Assembly: GCA_001643675.2 (NCBI GenBank)
Contig: LSRY02000017.1
Location: forward strand, 310,001 to 374,000
From: Monocercomonoides exilis PA203
Taxonomy: Eukaryota > Protista > Preaxostyla
Direction of reading: 5' to 3'
DNA length: 64,000 nucleotides
Part shown: one piece after another, positions 13,557 to 24,338 of the stretch
Numbering within the stretch: position 1 is the first letter of the stretch
Layout: each line of letters begins with the position of its first letter
Program-made: the position numbers and the translations under genes
The notes under the pieces: model-generated
Database searches by the model: none
The model's input: the letters and a program-made list of their open reading frames with translations, nothing else
Told to the model about the DNA's origin: nothing

Positions 13557-16500
13557 TCATGAATAAATTCCACTTTCTTCAATTGTTTCGTTCGAATCTT
13601 TTTTTTTGATCTTAACTTTTTTACCTTTTTCTTCCATAACATCGAATGTGTTTTCAAAGGTGATTGCATCGGAAACAGTGAATACTATTGCATCTTTCGG
13701 AAAACGCTGAAAACATTCCCTTTTTAAGTTTAATAGAGAAGGTCGGTCATTCCCTGCTGTTGCCAAACTTGATTTTACCAATTCGTAAAACGTAAATCCT
13801 TCTATCATACTCATCTCTGGTCTTTCTCCATTTATAATTTTTTGCCCAGCCACAACCGGTTCACACTCTCCAAATGGGATCTGAAGAGTTAGACATTCCC
13901 AGAGCATCATCCCAATCGAAAAGGAAACTGATTCCTTCGTTGCTTCCCTCTTCTTGTTCATCAGCAGCTCAGGCGCCTTCCATCTCAGACACTCTTTTTT
14001 GAAATTGTCATCCTCGTCCTCAAACGCAGATGATGGCGGTGGCGAGTCTTTCCCATTTCTGTTCACGGTGGAGCAATCAGATGTTGATGTGACAACAGTT
14101 GATGAAGAGATGGAAGATGATTCTGAGTCATCAGACAATAAGTCAGAATGCATCACAATGCAGATCACCATGTGTTCTGAGAAAAGAACAATGTGAGGGC
14201 TCAGATTGGAAAGAGAAGAAAGAGGATTTTTCATTTCATCAAATGAGTGAAGGGCGAGATTGGCCACCCAGAACAGGATCTGGGCAGCCGTCATCTCTCT
14301 TTCCTGCGGGCTTCCGATTGCCATCTCTTTCTTTTCATTTCTTCCATGAAGCAACATGAACAACGAATCTCTCAAATCAACAATCAGCTTCTCATGAGGA
14401 GACGAGCAGGCCATCACATCCACAAGATTCGACATCGATGAGGTGGTTGGGCACAGATCCTCTCCTCGAACAAAGGTGGATTCTGTATCTGAAGTGTCTG
14501 TTGTTGAAGTCGATGAAATGGATGGTGATGGTGTTCGCTTTCTGGTCTCTTCTTCTTCTTCAACTTTCTCTAGAGCCCAATCAGGAATTTTGTCTGAATC
14601 TCTGCCCAATATGTATTCTGTTGATCCGCTTTCACTCAACAAATGCTCTGAAGACTCAGAATGTCCCAAGCTTTTTGCATACACTCTTTTCTTGATCCTC
14701 TCTTCATTCTTCTTCTCTGCCTCCCTTTCTGCTCTCCTCCACTGCTCCTCTGGTGACATCTCCATCGTCACCATCTCAAATGCTTTGGGGTCCTTCTTGA
14801 TATTATCATTCACAATCTCTCTCAGATCTTCTGCTTCATTCTTCACCTTCCTCCACCGAACAACAAAAATGACAAAGCCTATTAAAACGATCAAAAAAAG
14901 AACAGCAAATATCACAATCACAACCAATGCCCATGATGATTTTCCTTCTTTTCCACTGTTAACAATTATTTCATCTCCTTTTTTATTTGTTTCACTTGCA
15001 TTCTTCAAAATGAATGATGATGTTGTTGATGGTGAATCAATCTTCCCAAATAGAAGGCTCACAGATACTTCTGTCTCTGCTCCCATTGCTGCCATCTGAT
15101 CCGATGAAACAACAGCACCAATTTCGCTCTCTGACACACTTTCCCTTTCACCAATCTTATTGGTCTCAATCACCTCTTCCACTCCATTCTTGAAACTCAG
15201 ATGCAACGAAATATTGCATGGTAGAAGAAGTCTCCCAGTCAGCGTGATGATTGTTCTCCCATCAGATGCTGTTTCATTCCTCGCCTCTTTCACAACAGGG
15301 ATGAACAGCGATGATGCTCTCTCCTCGATTATCCCTCCCAATTCACATCCTTCATCCAAAATCCACAACGATGTGTTTGGCAAAACTCCATCTCCTCCTT
15401 TCAAACTCACCACATTCAACACTTCAGAATCTGAACAGAGAATGTTTCTTCTGATTGAAGGATATTTTTCAATTGATGGGTTGTTATTCATAAACTCTCC
15501 TTTCTCAATTACAATGCTTCCTTCCCAAATAGAAAGACCTCCACCAGAACAGTTCACAAAACTCGTATCCATTATCTCCCCTGAGCTCTTCTTCACCTCA
15601 ATAACTGATTCATTCCATTTGCACACATCCACTTCCTCATTCGGTTGCTTTTCATTTATTTCCCCATCAAACAAGCATTGCCTCATCTGAATATTTTTGC
15701 TCATCAAAAGAGATATCATCTTTCCTTTCTTTCTTTTTGATGAACACCCACCAAACGAACAGTTCGAAAACTCCACATTTCCTTCCATTCCCTCAACATC
15801 AACCGCTCCTGTGCTCTCACCCACACATGTGATGTTATCAAATGAAGATGAGAATATGGAAAACGAAAGCTTATTTTCTTCTCTGTTATTTGAACCTGGT
15901 TCTCCACTACTAACATTCATTAACCATCCATTTTTAATCTTCACATTTCCTGCTTCCACTTTTTCCACCTTCACATTTGCAACTCCGATGATCTTAAAAC
16001 AGTCTTTATTTGACTCAATATTTCTGAATATTAACACATTCACTTCAGTATCCTCTTCCATTATCATGGCTGCTTCATTCAAAAATGAAAGCCACAAAAC
16101 ACTCACATTCCCCATTGAGCATTTCCCCCTTTCCACAAATATCAGACAGAATAGCACTTCTACCATTTCCCTCTCAGCCGATCTCGCTCCTTCAAATGAA
16201 CACATGCTGATCGATGTCTTTCCTGAAGTTATCTTCATGAATGATGAATGTGGTGTTGGATGTGGAGTTGATGTTGATTCCTCTTCTTCAAATGTGAATC
16301 GAATCCATCGAACATACACCTGCCCTCTTGTCTCCACAATCATTTCTTTGCTGCAATTCATCCTTCCTTTCACAACCACAAGGCTCTGCACTTCGTGCAT
16401 CCCGCTCAGCGTGAGCGTGTCCAATTCGATTTCCTCATCAATCATTGACTCATCATCAACAAACACCTGACTGAAAAAATCATGTGTCAGATGCCTCAGT

Positions 16501-19500
16501 CCAAACCCAATCGTTGCACAAGGAAGTGAAGGTTTCCCACACTGCTGCTCATTGCTTCCCCCTTTCCCTTCTTTGCTCGACACCACAATCGTGTCTGATT
16601 GGTATTTCACAATCAGACTCATCAAGTCCATCGCCTCCTCCTTGTGCTCTCCCGCATCCATCCCATAGATCGCATTCTGCCTGATGAACTCCACATCACG
16701 GAAGTCGATGTTGAACTGTGTTTCGTTGATCTGCCTCTCGATGCAGTCGCACACAATGAACACATCATTCCCGATGAATGCTGTGTTCCTTCGGAATATC
16801 ACCCCATCAAACACATAATCCAGCTCCCCCCTCAATTCAGTCTTCAGATACACTCCACCTCCTTTCCCTTCGCTCACAGAGCATCCACATTGCTTCACAC
16901 TCGTATTCACAACATGGAACAATCCTCCTTCATTCAACTCAAACAGCATTGCCCCTCCCTTTGAACTTCTTCCGGAGTTGCACGCTTCGATCAGCGAATC
17001 TTCAACAACAAGCTTCACTCCACTTCCATTCCTGCTCGAAATAACACTCGAATCTGTTCCTTCCCCTTCAACTGATCCAATACTACAATTCTTCATCCTC
17101 ACCTCACCTCCTCCATTTGCTTCCTCTCCTTCAATTTCAAGCAAACTCCCACTCTCCAATGTGGCTTCTGTGACTGTGAATTCATCAATCACACTCACAA
17201 CTTCTCTACCCACCACAAACACACTTCTCTTCCCAAAAAATGAAGACACTTTGAACCTCTTCATCTCCAGCTCCCCTTTCTTCACAACACAAAATGCTAC
17301 ATTTCCCATCCCTTCTCTCTTTCCTTTCCATGAGATTGAACAGTCTTTCCATTCAACTTTCCTTCCCTCACTCACAATCATCCCTGCTTCCCCACTTCCC
17401 AAAACATTCATCACACACATTTCCAGTGCCCTCAGAGTAATTGTTCCACTGTTGCGAAGGCACACTTTTGCTCCACTTTCTCCTTCACTCCCCATCACAA
17501 CTGTTCCATATTCCATCTCATCATATCCTGCTCCCACTGATTCCACATCAATCCCACTCAAATCATGTTCCCTTTCCACTCTTATCTTTTCTTTCACTCT
17601 CACAACTTTTTTCTCTCCTCCTCTCTCAATATGCTTCAATCCCATCTCCAATGTCTCACACGGATCCTCTTCACTCCCACATCGAACAACATCATCTCCC
17701 TTTTCCCACACCACTATCCTCTCGCTTTTGTATTCAATCACAAATCGCAACAGATCTGTGCTTATCCGCTTCTCATCACTTCCAACAAACAGATTCTGAT
17801 CGTCTTCTATCCCTTCGACATCAATCGCAAATGTCTCACTCCTCACTGTCACATTCAGATCTGAATCCAAAATAAACATGTTCTTCCCCACAAATGCCTC
17901 GTTCCCAACAAACTTCACATCCTCGAACTTGAATGACGTTCCTCCCCTCCTTTCACTGCAATTCACATGCAGCCATCCTCCTTTCCCACCTCTCACCTTC
18001 TCTGCTGCACATCTCTCTATCATCCCCTCTTTCACATGAATCATTCCTGAATCATGGATATTCACCCTCACTGCCCCTCCACTCATGCTCTCTCCTCCTG
18101 TGATGTCACTCATGTTGCTCTGTTCTATCTTCATCACTTTCCTCACCTCTGCACATATCACAGCTGATTCATCTGCACCAACAACTGACAGGCTCCCAAA
18201 CGAGCAGTTGCTGATGCTAACAGACTCACTCTCTGCTCCATTCTGTTCCATCCCAAGAAGAGATAGATCTATCAGACTCTTTTTTGTTCTGATATTATTT
18301 ATTGATATCCACTTCATTCTCAAAGCTTGTCCACTGCTTCTGATGATTCGATATTCTATCGCCTCTTCTTCCCCTTCCTGCATCAAAAACGAACACAATT
18401 CCATCTCCAAAACACCATTTGCTGTTCCTGAGTTTATCACTACCTCTCTCCTCTGTTCAAATGATCCAGGCAATTCAAACCCAACATTCACAAACACGCT
18501 TAATCCCTTCGAATCAAGAACACTTTCTCCTTCTCCTTCAATTCCTTTCTCCACAACCACCTTCTTTTTCTTGTTGTCTTTCCCTTCAATCCTCACTCCA
18601 CTCGCATCTCCCACCTTCTCAACAGTCGTGCTCCCGCTTATCACAATTTTCTTTTCTCCCTCTCCACCAAGCCTCCCAATTCCACAATCCACACTCCTGC
18701 ATGGACAGTTCTCCATCCCACACCACATTCCATCGTCTCCAGTCTCACTCTCCACCTCAATCACAGATGAGCTGTATCCATCAATGAATATGAACAGATA
18801 AACCTCATTTAAAAACTTCTGCCTATCCTTCCCCATCAGCGAATTCTCTCTATCACTAATCCCTCTACTGAATGAGAAACTGCTTCCATTCACAACCCTC
18901 CTCAAATCATCACACACAACAAACGCATCCCTCCCACTCCTTGCTCTGTTCTCTTCAAACCTCACTCCACTCAAATCAAACCTACATCTCTCTCCTTCAA
19001 TCCCCACCCACATCCCTCCTCCACACCCTCCTCCATTCATCATCCCTTCCTCTCCTGCTGAACACTTCTTCATCAGTGTCACTTCTTCTTCGCTCCTGAT
19101 CTTCAGTTGTGCATCCCCTTTCAGTTCCACCCTCATCCCTCCTCCATTCCCTTTCTCTGCCACACATCCTTCAATACTCGTGTTCCACACATCCACCATG
19201 CCTCCCTCCCCAACTACTCCATTCACCATCCCTCCTTCTCCTTCACTGACTTTGATATTGCTCCCATTGCATCCCCAAATCGATATCTCCTTTGCCTCAA
19301 TTTCTTTTATTATCCCTGAATTTACAAAATTGCATAAATTCCATTTGCATTCTCTCATCCTCGCAATACAGTTGCTCCCCGCACAAATCATACTGCATCC
19401 TCCCATTTCACTCTCACTTACAATCATACTTTCTCCTGTGAGTGCGCTTCCTTCCCTACAAACAACAAATCCCATTTCTCCTTCAAAGGTGATATCATTC

Positions 19501-22500
19501 AGCTCCACATTCTTCAACGACACAGATGACAATCCCCCATTCGCTTTTATCACAGGCTTTCCAAACCTCATTGATGCCAATCTCAGTGAAGTCACATTCA
19601 CCTCTCCCTTTTCCACAACAATCAAGTTATATCCAACATAACTCACTTCAATTCCAACTCCAAATATGAATACACATTCACTTAAGTTCAGTGTTTCTCC
19701 TTTCAGCTGGAATATCGTCTCATAATGCTCAAGAACAGATGGCATCACCAGCTCAATCTTCCTCATCCTTGTTTCCTTCAACACCACAAACACTCCAACG
19801 CATCCTTCCTCATCTCCTTTGCATGCTGCCCCACCTTCAACAACAAGCGATCCATCACCCCCTATTCCTTCAACAACTCTTTCCATTTTCGAAAACACCA
19901 CTGTCGAGCCAACCTCAACTCCATTTCCAATTTTGATGGTTGATGTTGTTGTTCCATCTGCTGGTGTGCTCTCTTCCCTCTCAATAGGATAATTCAGTGT
20001 TCGGCACTCAAAAAATGTGTGCCCACATTGAGGATGATCAGCTCCTGGAGCTGAAACATAGATCTCACTCCTCGGAACATCAAGAAGATAGCACACAATC
20101 GGAATCACCAGCGTTGCATTGTTCGTGTCTCCCACTCCCTCCACTTCATGAACATCCCCGCTCAAAAGAGAAACAAATCCATATCTCCCTTTCGGAACCA
20201 ATTCCAGCTGATTCGAAGCAATAAACACATTCACACCTTGAACAGCATGATTATTTTCAAATCCCACATTCGCGATCTCAAACACAGTTGATGGAGATGA
20301 CAGCTCCAAATATATCCCTCCTCCACTTCCCTTCTCCTCACAACTTCCCTTCTCTGCTCCACATTCACAAATTTCTGTAACAACATTTCCTCTGCCAATC
20401 TTGAATGTTCCACTTTCATCGATTCTCCAATCAATGCTCCCTCCATTCCCTTCCTTGCACACACAATTCCTGAATGTGGTGTTCTCCAGCTCCCATGAAT
20501 CACTCCTTTCGCTTCGAGCGCTGAATATCGCCCCATCTCCTCTCATCTTATAGATCCTTTGGATAGTCACATTTCCCATCATCCCTCTCCAAACTCCACT
20601 TTCCTCCTCTTCTTTGAACAATGGGCAATCACCCAGACCAATATCCTCAATCAAACAGTTTTCCATCTTCATTTTCTCAAATATCACTTTGAACGGAGAA
20701 ACATTAAATGAGTGTGTCTGCTCATCGTCTATCTCTGATATGATCACATCCTTCAGTGTCAGCATCTGTGCACCTGTTCGCATCACAAACAATGAAGACG
20801 ATGATTCTACGGCATTGTGTCGAATAGTCACCAAAGACAATCCCATCGATCCCGAATCCAAAGTGAACAAACACTCAAGAGAATTCAACAATTCTGTGCT
20901 GATGACACACTCGCTCTCGCTTTCGCCCTTGAACGAAATATCTCCCCCTCCAACGAATAGAGCCATTGAAGAATATGTCGATCGAAGAATATTCACAGTT
21001 CCCTCTGCTCCTTTCTCAATCATGTTGTATGCCTGCTCAATCGTGTTGCACGGATTGGTCTGTGTTGTCCCACAGACTGGCCCTGTAATTCCATCTGTTC
21101 TGGCATATGTTATGCGCACAGTTGGGAGCCACGCATCGTAATCTGTTTGGCTGTCGTTGTAAAACACTCTCTTTGAGGGGGTTGTTGAGAACGATGACTC
21201 AAATGGTGAACCTTTCAATAAATAGTTTTTGATTTTGACATCACTCCCTTCTCCACATGCAGCAAAATTCCTGGTGAAAAAACAAAAGGATATAAATTTT
21301 GGAGATGGAACTGCTTCCATCCAACTTGCTGAATTCAAACGTATTCCTCCGCCTCCACCTTCAAAAACACCTGTTCCAGTTCCATTTGCAGCGTTTCCTT
21401 CAAATTCACATTCTGATATCAGATACATGTTTGAAGTTTCTTCTAAAAACAAACCTCCACAATACGATCCTGCTTTGTTTTTAATAAATTTGCATTTTTC
21501 AATTGCCTCATTCGCATTTCCAGAAGACTGTTGAATACGCAATCCTCCTGCATAATTTGCACTAGCTTTGCATTCAAAAAATGTACATTCTGATAAATGA
21601 TAGTCGCCTTTTAACTGGAAAATGATCATTCCACCTGTATTACCTTCTGAAATGCAATGTGAAAAATTGCAGCCTAACATTTTCACACCTGCTGCTGATT
21701 GAACATCAACAGCTCCATCGCCGCCATGACTCATATTCTTGAATGAACATTGAATGCACTCAAGTTTCGAATATCCATCCAGATGAATTGCACTTCCATA
21801 ACTTGAATATCCTGTGCTAAACCATTCGCAATCTGTAAAAATGTGCGTTTCACCTGCCCCGAGTGGTTGCCGTGTCATGTTGCGTCCACCTGATTCGTGA
21901 ACATTCATCGTTCTCGCAGAGCGCTCAAATGAGGTGTTTGTTGCTCTCAGCGAAGCACATGGGCTGTTCACTGACCTTAAAATGCCTCCATCAATAACAT
22001 CCAAAACTCTGAAAAACGAGCATCCTTCAATCGTTGTTTCTGTCCTTGCTCTAAAATCCATTTCTCTTTGCGCTCCTGAAGCAACAGAAATGTTTGCCAT
22101 CTTCAGACCAGAGGCTTTCACAAAGCAACTAACATTCGGTGATAAAAATGGAGCAGACTCCAATTCAAATGATGAAAACGACGAATCACAAAGAGTTATC
22201 GAGCCTATTCCATCTCTCTCAGATTTTATGAAAGACGAGCAGATAAGCTGCTGAATTGGTGTAAACGGCCTTGAGGTTTGAATCGTCAGATTCACGGAAT
22301 TGATGCTTCCTTCAACCACCACAAATGGGCTCATTTGTGATGATATCAAGATCATGCATCCTGCAACATCAAGCCTTGACCCTTCACAAACCAAAAAACA
22401 AGCTTTTCCTTCCTGCTGAATCTGCAGCACACTCGCTGTGCTCACTGAGCAGTTCACAGCAACAAATGTCGATAGAACCATGCTATTCTGATTATTTTCT

Positions 22501-22637
22501 GGTGTACAAAAATCATTCCTGCAAACTGGCAATCGGAACACAACTTTTGCATCCAATCCACATATTTCCTTTCCCGATGCTTCTTTTGTCTCACTGATAG
22601 CAATAATACATGTAAATATAATAAGAACTAACTTCAT
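13557..22637 (-). CDS. 3026-aa intronless receptor-like type-I membrane protein: signal peptide, beta-helix (pectin-lyase/Pmp-like) repeat ectodomain, single TM, degenerate TKL-like kinase C-lobe (pseudokinase)
   Basis: N-terminal MKLVLIIFTCIIAISE. Five CG-x5/6-C caps (e.g. CGSEEDPCET, CGKPSLPCAT) and repeated GG(G/A)(I/V)(Y/x) motifs. TM WALVVIVIFAVLFLIVLIGFVIFVV followed by RWRK. Kinase subdomains VIII-XI are present (LRWKAPELL, SFSIGMMLWECLTLQIPF, GERP, DRPSL), but no GxGxxG, VAxK, HRD or DFG. Confidence 0.88.
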   Translation of the reverse strand: MKLVLIIFTCIIAISETKEASGKEICGLDAKVVFRLPVCRNDFCTPENNQNSMVLSTFVAVNCSVSTASVLQIQQEGKACFLVCEGSRLDVAGCMILISSQMSPFVVVEGSINSVNLTIQTSRPFTPIQQLICSSFIKSERDGIGSITLCDSSFSSFELESAPFLSPNVSCFVKASGLKMANISVASGAQREMDFRARTETTIEGCSFFRVLDVIDGGILRSVNSPCASLRATNTSFERSARTMNVHESGGRNMTRQPLGAGETHIFTDCEWFSTGYSSYGSAIHLDGYSKLECIQCSFKNMSHGGDGAVDVQSAAGVKMLGCNFSHCISEGNTGGMIIFQLKGDYHLSECTFFECKASANYAGGLRIQQSSGNANEAIEKCKFIKNKAGSYCGGLFLEETSNMYLISECEFEGNAANGTGTGVFEGGGGGIRLNSASWMEAVPSPKFISFCFFTRNFAACGEGSDVKIKNYLLKGSPFESSFSTTPSKRVFYNDSQTDYDAWLPTVRITYARTDGITGPVCGTTQTNPCNTIEQAYNMIEKGAEGTVNILRSTYSSMALFVGGGDISFKGESESECVISTELLNSLECLFTLDSGSMGLSLVTIRHNAVESSSSLFVMRTGAQMLTLKDVIISEIDDEQTHSFNVSPFKVIFEKMKMENCLIEDIGLGDCPLFKEEEESGVWRGMMGNVTIQRIYKMRGDGAIFSARSERSDSWELENTTFRNCVCKEGNGGSIDWRIDESGTFKIGRGNVVTEICECGAEKGSCEEKGSGGGIYLELSSPSTVFEIANVGFENNHAVQGVNVFIASNQLELVPKGRYGFVSLLSGDVHEVEGVGDTNNATLVIPIVCYLLDVPRSEIYVSAPGADHPQCGHTFFECRTLNYPIEREESTPADGTTTSTIKIGNGVEVGSTVVFSKMERVVEGIGGDGSLVVEGGAACKGDEEGCVGVFVVLKETRMRKIELVMPSVLEHYETIFQLKGETLNLSECVFIFGVGIEVSYVGYNLIVVEKGEVNVTSLRLASMRFGKPVIKANGGLSSVSLKNVELNDITFEGEMGFVVCREGSALTGESMIVSESEMGGCSMICAGSNCIARMRECKWNLCNFVNSGIIKEIEAKEISIWGCNGSNIKVSEGEGGMVNGVVGEGGMVDVWNTSIEGCVAEKGNGGGMRVELKGDAQLKIRSEEEVTLMKKCSAGEEGMMNGGGCGGGMWVGIEGERCRFDLSGVRFEENRARSGRDAFVVCDDLRRVVNGSSFSFSRGISDRENSLMGKDRQKFLNEVYLFIFIDGYSSSVIEVESETGDDGMWCGMENCPCRSVDCGIGRLGGEGEKKIVISGSTTVEKVGDASGVRIEGKDNKKKKVVVEKGIEGEGESVLDSKGLSVFVNVGFELPGSFEQRREVVINSGTANGVLEMELCSFLMQEGEEEAIEYRIIRSSGQALRMKWISINNIRTKKSLIDLSLLGMEQNGAESESVSISNCSFGSLSVVGADESAVICAEVRKVMKIEQSNMSDITGGESMSGGAVRVNIHDSGMIHVKEGMIERCAAEKVRGGKGGWLHVNCSERRGGTSFKFEDVKFVGNEAFVGKNMFILDSDLNVTVRSETFAIDVEGIEDDQNLFVGSDEKRISTDLLRFVIEYKSERIVVWEKGDDVVRCGSEEDPCETLEMGLKHIERGGEKKVVRVKEKIRVEREHDLSGIDVESVGAGYDEMEYGTVVMGSEGESGAKVCLRNSGTITLRALEMCVMNVLGSGEAGMIVSEGRKVEWKDCSISWKGKREGMGNVAFCVVKKGELEMKRFKVSSFFGKRSVFVVGREVVSVIDEFTVTEATLESGSLLEIEGEEANGGGEVRMKNCSIGSVEGEGTDSSVISSRNGSGVKLVVEDSLIEACNSGRSSKGGAMLFELNEGGLFHVVNTSVKQCGCSVSEGKGGGVYLKTELRGELDYVFDGVIFRRNTAFIGNDVFIVCDCIERQINETQFNIDFRDVEFIRQNAIYGMDAGEHKEEAMDLMSLIVKYQSDTIVVSSKEGKGGSNEQQCGKPSLPCATIGFGLRHLTHDFFSQVFVDDESMIDEEIELDTLTLSGMHEVQSLVVVKGRMNCSKEMIVETRGQVYVRWIRFTFEEEESTSTPHPTPHSSFMKITSGKTSISMCSFEGARSAEREMVEVLFCLIFVERGKCSMGNVSVLWLSFLNEAAMIMEEDTEVNVLIFRNIESNKDCFKIIGVANVKVEKVEAGNVKIKNGWLMNVSSGEPGSNNREENKLSFSIFSSSFDNITCVGESTGAVDVEGMEGNVEFSNCSFGGCSSKRKKGKMISLLMSKNIQMRQCLFDGEINEKQPNEEVDVCKWNESVIEVKKSSGEIMDTSFVNCSGGGLSIWEGSIVIEKGEFMNNNPSIEKYPSIRRNILCSDSEVLNVVSLKGGDGVLPNTSLWILDEGCELGGIIEERASSLFIPVVKEARNETASDGRTIITLTGRLLLPCNISLHLSFKNGVEEVIETNKIGERESVSESEIGAVVSSDQMAAMGAETEVSVSLLFGKIDSPSTTSSFILKNASETNKKGDEIIVNSGKEGKSSWALVVIVIFAVLFLIVLIGFVIFVVRWRKVKNEAEDLREIVNDNIKKDPKAFEMVTMEMSPEEQWRRAEREAEKKNEERIKKRVYAKSLGHSESSEHLLSESGSTEYILGRDSDKIPDWALEKVEEEEETRKRTPSPSISSTSTTDTSDTESTFVRGEDLCPTTSSMSNLVDVMACSSPHEKLIVDLRDSLFMLLHGRNEKKEMAIGSPQEREMTAAQILFWVANLALHSFDEMKNPLSSLSNLSPHIVLFSEHMVICIVMHSDLLSDDSESSSISSSTVVTSTSDCSTVNRNGKDSPPPSSAFEDEDDNFKKECLRWKAPELLMNKKREATKESVSFSIGMMLWECLTLQIPFGECEPVVAGQKIINGERPEMSMIEGFTFYELVKSSLATAGNDRPSLLNLKRECFQRFPKDAIVFTVSDAITFENTFDVMEEKGKKVKIKKKDSNETIEESGIYS

Positions 22638-23595
22638 ATCTCTTTTAAGTGTTATTTACACTTTAAACGATAGAAAAATAAGTTGGAAAAATATGATCTG
22701 TCCTATTATAAAATAATTCATTTTTGAAGAAATTTTTCGTTTTTGTTTTAAATATGTTCTGGTTGAAAACGCATTATTCAAAAATAGAAAATCAACCACA
22801 TATTCGAATTGAATTTTTCTTTTTATTAAATATGAAATTAAGAGCGTTTCATTTATTGATGCTCAAACAATCCAGTATGAAAATTTTAAAAACCCAATTG
22901 TTTTGTGATTTTGTAATTTTTTCGTTTAAATATTCACCTGGTTTTTTAAAACGTTATATTTATATGGAGTTGAATGGATTTTCTATCTAATTTCTTGTTT
23001 TTGTGTTGACTCTCTTACGATACCGATAATTCAAAAATGAAACTATGCATTAAGTGTCAAACATCATTCGCACAAACAAAGTTCTGAACACTTTCAAATT
23101 TCAAATTTCTTATTTCTATTTCTTTTTATCCTTTGCTCTTTTTGAATGCATTTTAAATATATATTACATCAATTGTTTTTTACAGGGAAAAACAGTTGCT
23201 TTTGTGTATTGCGAAAAGTCTTTTCAACAAAGCAAAGATGATTTCAAGTTATATTGAGTTCAAATAAAACAGAGTTTTTTTCAGATCACGACTTTTTTGT
23301 CAAAATAAAAAAAAATTCTATTTTTTATATTTCTTCCACAAAATAGTTAAAAATTATTATTTCCTCTTGAAATTGATCAATATTTCCACTATAAATATCA
23401 TTGAATACCATTTTTGAAAATTTCAGTTCATAACGAAAGAAACAACATCTGAAACTATTTGTTTGAAAAGAAATATTCTCAATAAATATATTCAACATAC
23501 TTTACGGTCATTTCGCAAAATTGCACAATTGTATGTGATTGAAAAGTATTTTATAATTTAGCGCTTTAAAATTTTTAGAAATACTTAGTTAAAAA

Positions 23596-24012
23596 ATGTC
23601 TCGAACAGATGAATCATCAGTAAATGTTGATGCAAGTTGTCAACCTTTTTTAGAATTGGTAGTTGAGGTTTAAGCTGCATTATTTAAAAGATTCGTTGTA
23701 ATTTATGTTTGAAAGTCGTTTATTAAAAAAAGGATAAGATCTCTTTTGAATACCTCTCCAATTCGTCAATCTTATGAATCACTCTGGAAAGACGAATCAA
23801 CAAATAGTGATCAAACAACAACAAAAAGTCTGTTAAGTGCATTAATTTTTGGAAAACCGTTTTACAGTATTTTTTATTTGTCAGTACATACTTTTTCTGA
23901 ATCATTTCCAAATCTTTTCAGAGGAAAGCCTATTCAGCAATGTTTTCATTTACTAACAAAATCAGATTATGAAAGACAAAAACGTTTAGAAGATCAGGCG
24001 TATCCATTTTGA
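23596..24012 (+). CDS. Possible small spliced hypothetical gene
   Basis: ATG at 23596 (MSRTDESSVNVDASCQPFLEL..), intron-like AT-rich stretches, and ORF 23746..24012 with protein-like composition. I could not build a frame-consistent splice model. Confidence 0.25.
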
Positions 24013-24338
24013 TGGAATGTGATACGAATTTTGAAAAATAATTCAAAATAAATTATGTTGAGGTGAATTTTAAAAAATGCAACTTTTTTTCCCTTTTAAA
24101 ATATTTTTTAATTATCCATTTTATTTTGATTATAAATTGTGAAAATATATGTTAAAATTTTTTGATTCTTTATTTAATTCTGATTTGTTTGAAATGGAAA
24201 TTATACAACAGTTATTGAAAAAATAGCTAAAGAATCTTCCTTTTAAAAACATAAACTCAAAAAGCAGTTGAAAATTCTCTTGGTAAATGATATGCTGTTT
24301 GCTCAGATTTCGGTTGAATTCCAGAACAAACAACGAGA

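Noticed and set aside
14443-21534. Many 150-270-aa plus-strand ORFs rich in S/P/F/T
   Set aside because: Antisense shadows of the purine-biased 3026-aa coding strand.
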